DNA of 64,000 bases from the IMG/VR virus record IMGVR_UViG_3300038620_000091; one strand, written 5' to 3'. The stretch comes from a virus. Below are positions 37,890 through 47,244 of this stretch, in pieces. The translations under genes were made by a program, and so were the position numbers. The notes beneath the pieces were generated by a model. It saw only the letters and a list, made by a program, of their open reading frames with translations. It was not told the origin of the DNA and searched no databases. Positions within the stretch are counted from its first letter, which is position 1; each line of letters opens with the position of its first letter.

Positions 37890-38351
37890 ATGGGAAAAGA
37901 TTTTCGAAACCTTTGGGACCATATTACACAGGTCCGATCAAAAAAAGAAGATGGGTATTGGGACTCTCTTTCTGAGTCCGAGAGAAAGCAGTGGAACACG
38001 TACATGGTCAACCGGGGCGTTTCCATGAACCCGGATCTCTGTCCGGTTGTGAACGAAGTACAACACCTTACAATGGAAATGCCAGACGAGGCGGCATACA
38101 AAATGTACAAACATCTTCTTCCTCCTGACGACACGTATTACAAATATGTGAAGAAGGAAGAAGAGGGAAGCGATTTTCCAAAAGACTGGATGATCGAGTA
38201 TTTGGTTGACTTTTACGACTGCTCTGTTTCGGAGGCGAAAGAGTATTTTGAAATCTTCATGAAAGACGAAAAACATAAGTCCCGGTTCAAAGAGGTAATG
38301 AAAAATTACCCACTTGAAGAAGATGAAGTTAAAGACCTCAAACAGATATGA
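37890..38351 (+). CDS. clamp loader small subunit (gp62-like)
   Basis: YMVNRGVSM, YYKYVK and YDCS..EA.EY motifs; near gp44. Confidence 0.75.
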   Translation: MGKDFRNLWDHITQVRSKKEDGYWDSLSESERKQWNTYMVNRGVSMNPDLCPVVNEVQHLTMEMPDEAAYKMYKHLLPPDDTYYKYVKKEEEGSDFPKDWMIEYLVDFYDCSVSEAKEYFEIFMKDEKHKSRFKEVMKNYPLEEDEVKDLKQI

Positions 38352-38551
38352 CATTCGTATTTGACATTTCTAGGGGAGAAAATAAACCAGATAGAGAATT
38401 TTTCAAATCTGTGTGCCAAGAAGGGGATGAAATGAAAACCCGGTACAACAGATCCGGGTCTTACGTTTCCTTAAAATGGCAATCCATTTACACCACCGAC
38501 GATGAAGAGCATCTTGTGAAGACATTTCTAAGGAAAGAAAAAGAGACATGA
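38348..38551 (+). CDS. small hypothetical protein
   Basis: ATGA overlaps on both sides. Confidence 0.5.
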   Translation: MTFVFDISRGENKPDREFFKSVCQEGDEMKTRYNRSGSYVSLKWQSIYTTDDEEHLVKTFLRKEKET

Positions 38552-38916
38552 CAACAAAGAAAAAGTACCAGAAGAGAAAAAACAAGCTTTTAAAGAACGC
38601 AAGAAGAACTGAAGAGAGGAAGAACCCCGCGTATAGTGGGGACGCAAAAGACGTACATAAAAACTTCCGGGTCATTGCGGACTTTCTTGACGTAGACCCG
38701 ATCTTAGTTGCTACAGTCTACTTTATGAAGCATGTGACGAGCCTTATGTCATATGCAAAGAGCGACAACATACATCAAGAAGAAAAGATTGACGGGCGGT
38801 TCGAAGACGCTTTGAACTACCTAAAGATCATGTACAGTCTACATAAAGAACGAACAGAAGGTCAAACGCCTTCTTCTTCCGAAGAAAACGAACCACAAAA
38901 CAACACAAGATATTAA
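38548..38916 (+). CDS. nucleotide-modification-associated / all-alpha pyrophosphatase-like protein
   Basis: K...Y....D...NF ... KH ... E.I..R..D..NY pattern. Confidence 0.6.
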   Translation: MTTKKKYQKRKNKLLKNARRTEERKNPAYSGDAKDVHKNFRVIADFLDVDPILVATVYFMKHVTSLMSYAKSDNIHQEEKIDGRFEDALNYLKIMYSLHKERTEGQTPSSSEENEPQNNTRY

Positions 38917-38922
38917 CAGACT

Positions 38923-39252
38923 ATGAAACAGCGAATCAAAAACTCTCAATTTCCTTCTGAAATTCGTAAGTTTTACGCCAAAAAGAACCAAGAGTTAAAA
39001 GAGGCATATAAGAAGTACAAGCAAATGACCGGAGAGGATCGTCTTGGGTCTATGCGACGGGAGATCGAGCAAAACAATCGGCTTCTTCAAGAGGCGTTTG
39101 AAAAGCTAAAAAAGAACGTCAACGAGATTGAAATCGAGTGGATGGAGCCGAACTTGGTTGAAACACACCCTCCGAAATTTGCCACAAAAAGAGAGCGTAC
39201 CCGATACGATTTTCGGTATGACCATTGGTTTGAAAACGGAGATAACCTTTAA
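38923..39252 (+). CDS. hypothetical coiled-coil protein
   Basis: ORF in operon context. Confidence 0.5.
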   Translation: MKQRIKNSQFPSEIRKFYAKKNQELKEAYKKYKQMTGEDRLGSMRREIEQNNRLLQEAFEKLKKNVNEIEIEWMEPNLVETHPPKFATKRERTRYDFRYDHWFENGDNL

Positions 39253-39284
39253 GAACAAACAAAAGCCATAAGACAAATACAGTT

Positions 39285-39854
39285 ATGAATATTCAACAGT
39301 ACATCGAAAAAACAAAAGAAACGGCAGTTTATCCATCTGAAAAAGCAATTTCTTATGTTGCACTTGGGCTTTCCGATGAAGCTGGAGAGTTTCATGAAAA
39401 GGCTTCTAAATACGCCGGAGCCAGAAACAAAAGGTACGGCCAAAAAGAACGGAAAAGTCTTGCGGGTGAGCTTGGAGACGTTATGTGGTACACTGCTCGT
39501 ATTATTGATGAGCTTGATATAGACACAGAACAGTTTCAAGAAGAGTTAGATCAAGATATTTCCGGAAGCCCACTTGGACCGCAGATTAAACAAATCGGAG
39601 AATACTCCGAACAACTTCTTTTAAGTTCTGTTCGCGTGAATGGAAGAATCAAAAAGATTATTCGCGGTGACGATGGAAAAGAAGAAAAGATTGAAGACAT
39701 TGCTCAAAATTTGAAGACTATATTTAGCACCATGAAACATATATCTCATCATGCCGGATTCTTTAGTTTAGAAACGGTTATGAGCTTAAATGTAAACAAG
39801 CTACTTGACAGAAGCGAAAGAAACGTTCTTCGTGGAGACGGAGATAACCGATAA
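39285..39854 (+). CDS. MazG-like nucleotide pyrophosphohydrolase
   Basis: LGLSDEAGE, ELGDVMWY, N..KL..R..R..L.G.GDNR. Confidence 0.88.
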   Translation: MNIQQYIEKTKETAVYPSEKAISYVALGLSDEAGEFHEKASKYAGARNKRYGQKERKSLAGELGDVMWYTARIIDELDIDTEQFQEELDQDISGSPLGPQIKQIGEYSEQLLLSSVRVNGRIKKIIRGDDGKEEKIEDIAQNLKTIFSTMKHISHHAGFFSLETVMSLNVNKLLDRSERNVLRGDGDNR

Positions 39855-39860
39855 AGATCG

Positions 39861-40079
39861 ATGGTTATCTTTCTTGATCGCACATATTACCAAAGTATTC
39901 CAAACTTTGATAATCCGTTTCTTTCTTTAATCAAGGATGAAAATTTTTCACTCCTTTTCATCCGGAGAGAAAAAAGCAAGCTAGGCATTCGGGCATACGA
40001 CTACCAAAAATTTTCTTCTAGTCTAAGAGTAGAATCTAAACAAGAACTTCATAATAAAATACAGTCTGACTATATATGA
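39861..40079 (+). CDS. small hypothetical protein
   Basis: MVIFLDR-type small ORF. Confidence 0.5.
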   Translation: MVIFLDRTYYQSIPNFDNPFLSLIKDENFSLLFIRREKSKLGIRAYDYQKFSSSLRVESKQELHNKIQSDYI

Positions 40080-40106
40080 AGAAAGAACCAAACAAGGTCT
40101 TTCTTC

Positions 40107-41081
40107 ATGCAAAACTCAAAAAAGTCAGATAGTCACACAATTAGTTACTCGCAAATGAAAAAGTTTGTGAGTTGCCCGAAGTCTTGGGAGTACAGGTACG
40201 TGCAAGGCCATAAACCTCCGACAGATAGCATTCACACAATCGGGGGAACGGCTTTTCACGAAACAATCCAGCATTACCTAAAAGTTCTGTACGAGGAGGG
40301 AAAAGAAAAGGCTAAGGCCATTGACTTGAAGCAAATGTTTAAAGAGAAGCTTCAAGAGGCGTTTAAACAGACGAACGAAAATGAGCCTTGGGCAAGTATC
40401 GAAGATACCCCAACAACGCCTAGAGAGCTTGCTGAATACTTCAAGAAGACCGAAAAGATACTTGACGAGTTCAAAAAGTACCGGGACTATTACTTTGATC
40501 CGAGCTTTACTGAACTTGTTGGTATTGAGGTTCCCATTGAAGAAGAGGTAAAAGACGGAGTTGTGTTTGTGGGCTATCTTGACGTGATCTTAAAAGAAAA
40601 GCACCGCGAGTCTTACAAGATCATTGACATTAAAACGTCAACAAGCGGTTGGAACAAGTGGGACAAACAAGAGCCAGAGCGCGTCAACCAGCTTTTGGCA
40701 TACAGAGACTTTTACGCAAACAAGCTTGGAGTAAAAAAAGAGCAAGTTGACGTTTCGTATTGGATTGCCCAAAGAGAAGTTGACCCGCGTTGGGATTCGG
40801 GCCGAATCAACGAATGGACTCCACCAACGTCAAGTGAGGCCCATGAACAAGTAGACAACTGGCTCAACGAGTTTCTCCGGACAGGCTTTCCGGGTGGAAA
40901 AAAGACGACCGAGCCAATGGAAAAGCGCCCGGAAAAGTTCAAGTGTGCCTTTTGCCCATTTTCAAAGCAGTTTAACGGAGATTCAAAGTACGGAATTTGT
41001 GATCAAGATGGAGAACGTTTCGACTCGTATCCCTCTGGAATGAAAGGATATATTGATGATAAATGGATCGATGAAGACTAG
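40107..41081 (+). CDS. PD-(D/E)xK nuclease (RecB/Cas4-like exonuclease)
   Basis: SYSQ...CP, GTAFHE, GYLD...IIDIKT, QL.AY, C.FCPF...C. Confidence 0.88.
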   Translation: MQNSKKSDSHTISYSQMKKFVSCPKSWEYRYVQGHKPPTDSIHTIGGTAFHETIQHYLKVLYEEGKEKAKAIDLKQMFKEKLQEAFKQTNENEPWASIEDTPTTPRELAEYFKKTEKILDEFKKYRDYYFDPSFTELVGIEVPIEEEVKDGVVFVGYLDVILKEKHRESYKIIDIKTSTSGWNKWDKQEPERVNQLLAYRDFYANKLGVKKEQVDVSYWIAQREVDPRWDSGRINEWTPPTSSEAHEQVDNWLNEFLRTGFPGGKKTTEPMEKRPEKFKCAFCPFSKQFNGDSKYGICDQDGERFDSYPSGMKGYIDDKWIDED

Positions 41082-41358
41082 TAAGAAAATGATGGAACCT
41101 CTTGATATAAACCGACGAATCAAAAGCACGTATAACCTTTTTCGAAACGTACACGATTGGTCTGTTACGTACTCAGATCGATCACCGATTTGCGACTATA
41201 AACGAAAGATATTTTGGGTCCCTTTTGATCCTAGTATCCACCAGCTTTACATATCCAAACACGTCTGCATGTCTTACGAGTCAGGTGCGGAAGCTGGAAA
41301 GTATTATCTTCGGTTTAACGAGAAAACAAATGCGGTCGAAGAGATTCCCCTCAACTAA
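41071..41358 (+). CDS. hypothetical protein
   Basis: ORF overlapping the nuclease stop. Confidence 0.4.
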   Translation: MKTSKKMMEPLDINRRIKSTYNLFRNVHDWSVTYSDRSPICDYKRKIFWVPFDPSIHQLYISKHVCMSYESGAEAGKYYLRFNEKTNAVEEIPLN

Positions 41359-41664
41359 CTACAGGTCTTCGTCAACGACAGACCGAGGGTTTCCTTTTCC
41401 TTCGTGGGGCCGAAGCCAAGCTTTAATTTTATACTTCTTCTGGAATTCTTCATATTGCATATCACCGGAGTCTTCTTCATTAAGATTCATAGCCGCCATA
41501 AACAAGTCCCGGTTGTCAATAGCAACAGGGATTCCACAGCCGTTTGTAACTGCGTGGCTACCGTCAGACTTCTTTCCCCGGACTCTTCCGCACTTGCAAG
41601 AGCGGGTTTCAGTTCTGTCAAGTTTGAACATGTCGTCGCAATGGGGGCAAAAAAGAAGCTTCAT
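41359..41664 (-). CDS. Cys-rich hypothetical protein
   Basis: MKLLFCPHCDD...RSCKCG; divergent promoter-like motif at 41731. Confidence 0.65.
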   Translation of the reverse strand: MKLLFCPHCDDMFKLDRTETRSCKCGRVRGKKSDGSHAVTNGCGIPVAIDNRDLFMAAMNLNEEDSGDMQYEEFQKKYKIKAWLRPHEGKGNPRSVVDEDL

Positions 41665-41709
41665 ATCTAATAAGCTTTGTCATTGGGGCCTTATTTATTT
41701 CTACTCTTT

Positions 41710-41794
41710 GAACAGGCTTTTTAAAAGTGTGTTCCCGGTTTTAAAAATTAAGCGTGTGTGAACCGGGAACAAGCTTTGTCTTTTTTGCGTGTAA
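41710..41794. promoter_or_regulatory. back-to-back GGAAC-type promoters
   Basis: Inverted repeat gttcccggtt (41731) / aaccgggaac (41761); each GGAAC is followed 16-17 nt later by TGTTCAA or CGTGTAA. Confidence 0.5.
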
Positions 41795-41830
41795 ATATCG
41801 AGTTTTGAAGTCAAACCCCCAAAGCCTGTT

Positions 41831-42343
41831 ATGAACGACGTGTCAGAGGTATTTAGCGACGAAGCGGAGTTGTACAACAGAAAAGTTTCGGAGTGTAAAA
41901 AGCGACTTAAAGAGCTTGGGTTTGTTCGGATTGGCTCCGGAATGGGGAGAATAGTTTGGGCTAAAGAAGGAACTGACTATGTTTTGAAGCTTCCCATTGA
42001 TTACCCCGCAAGGCACCAAAACTCTGACGAAAGAGAAAACTACGAAAACCAAACAGAGAACCGGGATAGGCTTGCCGCCTGTAGAACGCTTTCGATGAAC
42101 GGAATTGACGTTCTTATGATGGAGCGGGTGATCCCGTTTTCTGAACCGGACAAAGAAACAGGATTTGAATCAATGGTCCCGGCTTGGGCTGAAAACATCG
42201 ATTGCAGGCAGGTCGGGAAAAGTGTTGTAGACGGAAGAATTTGTGCGTTTGACTATGCTGGAGAACTAAGTGGGGATGTTTTCGGGGAGAAAAGCAAAAT
42301 CGACGAAATGAAACACGACGAAATTGTAGAACAGGCCCTTTAA
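41831..42343 (+). CDS. minimal protein-kinase-like protein
   Basis: IGSGMGRIV Gly loop, VLK, N..E, LMMERV, AFDYAG. Confidence 0.6.
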   Translation: MNDVSEVFSDEAELYNRKVSECKKRLKELGFVRIGSGMGRIVWAKEGTDYVLKLPIDYPARHQNSDERENYENQTENRDRLAACRTLSMNGIDVLMMERVIPFSEPDKETGFESMVPAWAENIDCRQVGKSVVDGRICAFDYAGELSGDVFGEKSKIDEMKHDEIVEQAL

Positions 42344-42358
42344 TTTCAAATTAAAATA

Positions 42359-42841
42359 ATGATTTGGATTTTTCTTTTTTCAATTGCCGTTGGAGGCGTG
42401 GTTGCCTTGTATTTCATAGAGTTGGTTTTGCAGGCACAAATTCTTGGGGGACTTGTTTTTAGTAAGGATGAGCGCCCGGAGGTCGTGGGATACATTGAGA
42501 ATGGCAAAGGCCCCTTAGAGGTATCTGGCAAAAAGGGAGTCCCGGACTATATTGTTGCAGAAGATGCAATATACTTCTACGGGGAGGATAAAGAGGCTCT
42601 TTGTGTAGCTATGCGCCGGGGCTTTTTTCCACCACTTATGTTTTTTCCACACTCTTACGTGATCTTAACAAAAGACTTTGGCAAAAAAAGCGCAGTTGTT
42701 TTTCCGTTTAGCGAACTACACAGGTATTTTTCATCGGTTATTAACGGAACACATAGGCCGAAAAATGGTGAACTTGATACGGAACTCTCGTTTTCAGAAA
42801 TCGTGCGGGAAATCGAGCGAAGGAAAAAAGATAACGTTTAA
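42359..42841 (+). CDS. membrane-anchored hypothetical protein
   Basis: N-terminal hydrophobic helix. Confidence 0.6.
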   Translation: MIWIFLFSIAVGGVVALYFIELVLQAQILGGLVFSKDERPEVVGYIENGKGPLEVSGKKGVPDYIVAEDAIYFYGEDKEALCVAMRRGFFPPLMFFPHSYVILTKDFGKKSAVVFPFSELHRYFSSVINGTHRPKNGELDTELSFSEIVREIERRKKDNV

Positions 42842-42851
42842 GTAAATTTCA

Positions 42852-43331
42852 ATGGATCTGCTTTTAATTTTCGTTGGCAACTTTTTGTTGTTGGCAATTC
42901 TTATTCCCGTTTTTGAAAAAGTTTCTGTCTTACAAGTTTACGGTAAGGCATATTCTAAATGCGATTCTCTTGAAAGAGACCTAAAAAATTATGGGCTGTC
43001 AAGAGATCCGGGTTACGTTTCTTTAGATGGTTACTACGCTGTATGTGCCGAGGAAAAAATGATCCATTTTTATCGCACCGACAATGTAAAGTATGTGGCA
43101 AGGGTAGCTTATCCGGAGTCTTTTGACATTTTTCCACTCTTTATTAGCGATACGTATTATGTTAAACTTAAAGATGGAAGTGTTGTGCGGTTGAAAAGAA
43201 GTTGTGATCTGAGCAAGAAAATAGACAAGATATTTGAAAGAGAAAAGGTGTATGAAAAGAGAGGGCACACTTTCAAAGATTTGCACAGAGAGGTAAAAAA
43301 GAGAATGGTTGGGGGCAAGTTGGAACAGTAA
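42852..43331 (+). CDS. membrane-anchored hypothetical protein (paralog-like of 42359)
   Basis: N-terminal TM helix; shared AE..I.FY and REV/REI motifs. Confidence 0.6.
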   Translation: MDLLLIFVGNFLLLAILIPVFEKVSVLQVYGKAYSKCDSLERDLKNYGLSRDPGYVSLDGYYAVCAEEKMIHFYRTDNVKYVARVAYPESFDIFPLFISDTYYVKLKDGSVVRLKRSCDLSKKIDKIFEREKVYEKRGHTFKDLHREVKKRMVGGKLEQ

Positions 43332-43394
43332 AGAGGGCTACGTTTTTAATATCTATGAGTAGATGAACCACAAACTAACGTAGCAAATATATCA

Positions 43395-43835
43395 ATGACC
43401 CCAAATGAACTTATACAAGCGGTACTAGATCAAAGCACTCTTTCGTTTCAAAACTTAGTTGAGCGGGGGAACTTTGAACTTACAGATTCGGAAAGTAGAG
43501 CCGCAAACAACATAGACTTTATCCATAACCCGGACTATGCGATTATGTGGGTATTGACAAAACGGTACCCTGACAGAGATTTCAAATTCAAAGAGAAAGA
43601 AGACGGATTAAGCTCTATCGATGTGGGAGGATATCGGCTTTCTCTCCCAAGCCGTAAAGAAATTCAAAATATGGTTTGGGACGAAGACGTTGAAAGCCCG
43701 GTTGGAGAATGCGTTGGGGCTTACGAGTGCATTATCTCTCTTTCGGAACAAGACGTTCTTTCGGGCGTTGAATTGGACGAGTTTATACTAAACAGCGAAA
43801 ACAATAGCTCTGAGGACGGTTTCCTTGGAGTTTGA
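43395..43835 (+). CDS. hypothetical protein
   Basis: Acidic ORF. Confidence 0.55.
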   Translation: MTPNELIQAVLDQSTLSFQNLVERGNFELTDSESRAANNIDFIHNPDYAIMWVLTKRYPDRDFKFKEKEDGLSSIDVGGYRLSLPSRKEIQNMVWDEDVESPVGECVGAYECIISLSEQDVLSGVELDEFILNSENNSSEDGFLGV

Positions 43836-43878
43836 AAGAATTAAACGAATCAAAAAACAGTTTACAATTACTACTATT

Positions 43879-44331
43879 ATGAAAAAGATTGGAATTGTTG
43901 GAAGTAGAAGTTGGGACCACGGATGGGACAAGATCCGGACAGTCATTGAAAAAGCCGTTAGCAAGTTCGGTGCTGAAAATCTAGAAATTGTTTCCGGTGG
44001 GAATCCAAAAGGCGTAGACCGTATGGTGAAGTGGCTTCTTCAAAATGAAGAGAAGTTCGAAGACGTAACCTACACAGAGTATGCCCCGGCCCATTACGAA
44101 TATGAAGAATACTTTGCACATGACCCGGAATACTACGGGCAGGAGTACAAGGCCACAAATTACTTCGAGCGAAACGAAGAAATCGCAAAGGTGGTTTCCG
44201 AAGCTGGAGGAATTGTTATTGCCCTTATGCCAGAAGAGGCGCGTGGAGACGATGAAAAGTCCCGTGGAACCAAGAACACCCTAAAGCATTGCGAAACTCA
44301 CGGAACCAAAAGCAAAGTGATTTATGGCTAG
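43879..44331 (+). CDS. SLOG/YspA-like (DprA-fold) nucleotide-binding protein
   Basis: IGIVGSR, IVSGG..GVD, RNEEI, SRGTKNT. Confidence 0.8.
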   Translation: MKKIGIVGSRSWDHGWDKIRTVIEKAVSKFGAENLEIVSGGNPKGVDRMVKWLLQNEEKFEDVTYTEYAPAHYEYEEYFAHDPEYYGQEYKATNYFERNEEIAKVVSEAGGIVIALMPEEARGDDEKSRGTKNTLKHCETHGTKSKVIYG

Positions 44332-44334
44332 GAC

Positions 44335-44508
44335 ATGGTAATCATATTTTCAAGAAAAGATGAAAAGCTCCATGAAGGATTGGTTAACTTTTACTCTTCT
44401 GAATTTGTATATAGCGAAGATCATCTGTTAGACTCCGTAGAAGACGAGGTTATCCTTCCTTCATGGGGCGCTAAAAAAGTGAAGGGTATAATCACAAACA
44501 GTTTTTAA
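44335..44508 (+). CDS. small hypothetical protein (below ORF-track cutoff)
   Basis: 57-aa ORF MVIIFSRKD..., with an N-terminus similar to the next ORF. Confidence 0.45.
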   Translation: MVIIFSRKDEKLHEGLVNFYSSEFVYSEDHLLDSVEDEVILPSWGAKKVKGIITNSF

Positions 44509-44511
44509 AAA

Positions 44512-44706
44512 ATGGTTATCATATTTTTTGACCGCAACAGAGAGTCCAATGAAAAGTATGACAAGTATGCGTCCGATTTAGTAACCGATTCGGTTCGAGC
44601 GGCTCTTCTTAACGTGAAGTCTTGTGAAATAACTAGTCAAGACTCTGTTTTTTCATATCCGGGATGCTTTGAAAAAAAACTTGAAAGGCGTGTTAAAGAG
44701 CTATGA
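44512..44706 (+). CDS. small hypothetical protein
   Basis: MVIIFFDRN... Confidence 0.5.
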   Translation: MVIIFFDRNRESNEKYDKYASDLVTDSVRAALLNVKSCEITSQDSVFSYPGCFEKKLERRVKEL

Positions 44707-45146
44707 GAGAATTTGACCACGAAGATCAAATATCAGATAAATCACCAACGGTTCTTCAAGACGTGGAGTCCGGGGACTTTATTGAGTTTAAGTATTTGAA
44801 ATCCTCTGGAAAAACCGAGACTAGAAAGGTGATTGTGCTTGAAAAAAACGTCGATTCTAAACTTCACGGAATTGATATAAAGTATATTTCAGAGCAAGAG
44901 ATTTTAGATTTGGTCTTGACCGCGTTTGGGTTTTTACCGGACAACGTTTCAGACACGCTTGAAGGTTTTCTTCCGGTTTTGGACCTCTTTATTCCAAACC
45001 CAAGGTCTTTTTACGATAGCGTGATTGTAAGTTTTGGGTTCGAGCAAAATCCGTACCGGACATTTGATCTTCGAAACATGTCCGGTATTCAATCGTTTGT
45101 GTACACAACAAGTCTTACAGATCAAATTGACCGCGTTGTAGAGTAG
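44703..45146 (+). CDS. hypothetical protein, paralog of the 190..684 cargo
   Basis: GDFIEFKY, LHGIDIKY, FYDS, YRTF. Confidence 0.6.
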   Translation: MREFDHEDQISDKSPTVLQDVESGDFIEFKYLKSSGKTETRKVIVLEKNVDSKLHGIDIKYISEQEILDLVLTAFGFLPDNVSDTLEGFLPVLDLFIPNPRSFYDSVIVSFGFEQNPYRTFDLRNMSGIQSFVYTTSLTDQIDRVVE

Positions 45147-45192
45147 CAACGCCAGTCTTTATTCACTTACTAAAATTTAATGTTACACACGT

Positions 45193-45897
45193 ATGTTCCA
45201 CTATATTGTACCTGCAAGAGAGGGATCAAAAGGTTTTCCGAATAAAAATCGGAAGCTTGTCCCGATCATCAAAGAAAAATTTCCACGTAGAGTTTTAAGC
45301 CGAATCATTGTGACAACAGACGACCCGAAAATTCAAGAGTTCGTTCGTGAAAGCCGGATGAAGCTTGTCGAACGCCCCAAAGAACTTGCACAGGATGAAA
45401 CAAGTATAAAGCCTGTAATCGAACACGTCTTTTCAAAGTTTGATTTCTACGACAACGACGACATTGTTCTTTTGTACCCTACCTACCCGGAGCGTGAATA
45501 CAAGCGAGACGTTCGAAGTATCCTTGGCTTTTACAAAAAGAACCAAGCTTCTTCCCTTCTTTGCCTGCAGCCCCCGACCGAAGACACGTATTCACATCTT
45601 ATGATGCGTCTTGATTCAGATACGATGAAGGCGCGTCACGTTTTTCCATCTGAAAGGGGGAAGTTTCGTAGGCAAGAGGCAAAGGGGAAGCTCAAAGACC
45701 TTGACTTTGAAATCCATTCCGGAGAAAACGTCTACGAGTACAGCCATTTTGTATCTGTATTTCGGGTGGACGAACTTGATTCTCTAAATAAAAACCTCTA
45801 TAACAAAGATACTATATATTACCGACTAAACAACAGAGTTATTGACGTAGACACAAAAGAAGATTGGAGGCAATATCAAGAAAAAGTGAATGATTAA
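45193..45897 (+). CDS. neuA: acylneuraminate (CMP-nonulosonate) cytidylyltransferase
   Basis: PAREGSKGFPNKN, VTTDD, RPKELAQD, LLYPTYP.R, IDVDTKED. Confidence 0.9.
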   Translation: MFHYIVPAREGSKGFPNKNRKLVPIIKEKFPRRVLSRIIVTTDDPKIQEFVRESRMKLVERPKELAQDETSIKPVIEHVFSKFDFYDNDDIVLLYPTYPEREYKRDVRSILGFYKKNQASSLLCLQPPTEDTYSHLMMRLDSDTMKARHVFPSERGKFRRQEAKGKLKDLDFEIHSGENVYEYSHFVSVFRVDELDSLNKNLYNKDTIYYRLNNRVIDVDTKEDWRQYQEKVND

Positions 45898-46531
45898 GCG
45901 GCAACCCAAACCCCACCAACGCATATTCAAAGATAAAACAGTTAGCTTCACTGATTGTGCGGTGGTGGGAAATAGCGGAATCCTTTCCGGTTCTGGAAAT
46001 GGAGAAGAAATTGACAGCCATGAATGTGTTGTTCGGATGAACGCCGCAGAAGTGAAAGGACATAAAGAAGACGTTGGATCAAAAACGACGTTTCGGCTTG
46101 TCAACGGGCTTCTTCAGCAGGGAAAAACGCTTAACTACACGTCTACGCCTTCAAACTGGCTTAAAACGCTTAGAAATCAAAATTTGATATTCGTCCCCGT
46201 TAACGAAAGGTCTTTAAACGTTGCTCGAAATTTAACGCATAGTTCAAATACGATTTACGAGCTTACTGAAGAATTTAAAGAATATATTTCAAAAGATGTA
46301 AAACACAAGTTAAATAGACACCCTTCAACCGGAATGTTTGCTTGTCTTACGTTTTCTTGCCTTTGCGAGCATGTTACGCTTTACGGATTTGGGTTTCACC
46401 AAGAAAAAGTTGAAAACCGCCATTATTGGGAACAATGGAGCGACCACCACGACGGTTCTCATACGTGGGATAAAGAAGAAGAAGTTGTGAACAGGTTTTG
46501 CGAGTCTAATCAATTTGATATTGTGAAATAA
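45890..46531 (+). CDS. GT29 sialyltransferase
   Basis: Sialylmotif L CAVVGNSGIL...EIDSHECVVRMN.A..G...DVGSKTT; motif S PSTG...C..V.LYGF; motif III HYW; motif VS H.W..E. Confidence 0.9.
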   Translation: MIKRQPKPHQRIFKDKTVSFTDCAVVGNSGILSGSGNGEEIDSHECVVRMNAAEVKGHKEDVGSKTTFRLVNGLLQQGKTLNYTSTPSNWLKTLRNQNLIFVPVNERSLNVARNLTHSSNTIYELTEEFKEYISKDVKHKLNRHPSTGMFACLTFSCLCEHVTLYGFGFHQEKVENRHYWEQWSDHHDGSHTWDKEEEVVNRFCESNQFDIVK

Positions 46532-46537
46532 ATCAAA

Positions 46538-47194
46538 ATGCCAAAAGGAATTTCAACGTATTTTCAATCTAAGTTCAACTACACGATCCCTTCATCTGTG
46601 GCGATTGTTGGGAACTCCGGCGTTGTGTTAGAAAACACACTTGGAAGCGAAATTGACGACCATGATTGGGTTTTAAGGTTCAACGGTGCAGAGGTAGAGG
46701 GGTACGAAAAGCACGTTGGGTCGAAGACGACGTTTCGGTGTTTAAACTCCGTAATGCATTTAGGACACGGAATTAACGCCTCTGAAACAACTAAAGAGGA
46801 TATGGCCCGAATCACGGACGGAGAACGTCTTATATTCAAACCCTCTGGATCAAAACGCAGAAAACGGGCAGTTGAATTTTATGAAGATGTGGCAAACGAG
46901 CTTTTGTTTTTAAACAATAGAATTTATTCTCTGTCAAAACGTAAGCTTCGAAAGTATAACACTCACGGGCAAGCGAGTCTTGGACTTTTAATGACGATTC
47001 TGTTAAGCGAGTGTTCTGGAAGTGACGTAGAGATTGATCTTTATGGTTTTGGTTTTCACATGAAGTCAGACGTGGAAAAAAGACATTATTTTGAAGAGTT
47101 GGATCAAGACATTTCCGGGCCACACGACTACAGCGCAGAGAAGAAACTTATGAAACGAATGCAACAACAAGATAAAATTCAAATCAAATACTAG
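46538..47194 (+). CDS. GT29 sialyltransferase (second copy)
   Basis: VAIVGNSG...EIDDHDWVLRFN.A...Y...VGSKTT; SLG...LYGF; HYF; HDY..E. Confidence 0.88.
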   Translation: MPKGISTYFQSKFNYTIPSSVAIVGNSGVVLENTLGSEIDDHDWVLRFNGAEVEGYEKHVGSKTTFRCLNSVMHLGHGINASETTKEDMARITDGERLIFKPSGSKRRKRAVEFYEDVANELLFLNNRIYSLSKRKLRKYNTHGQASLGLLMTILLSECSGSDVEIDLYGFGFHMKSDVEKRHYFEELDQDISGPHDYSAEKKLMKRMQQQDKIQIKY

Positions 47195-47244
47195 TGTTAC
47201 ACAGGTTTTGAAGAACAAACTACCAAGATATTATTAAAAGTAAC

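Noticed and set aside
40107-41081. Cas4 as part of a CRISPR system
   Set aside because: Stand-alone PD-(D/E)xK nucleases are common in phage replication modules; there is no cas1, cas2 or array.
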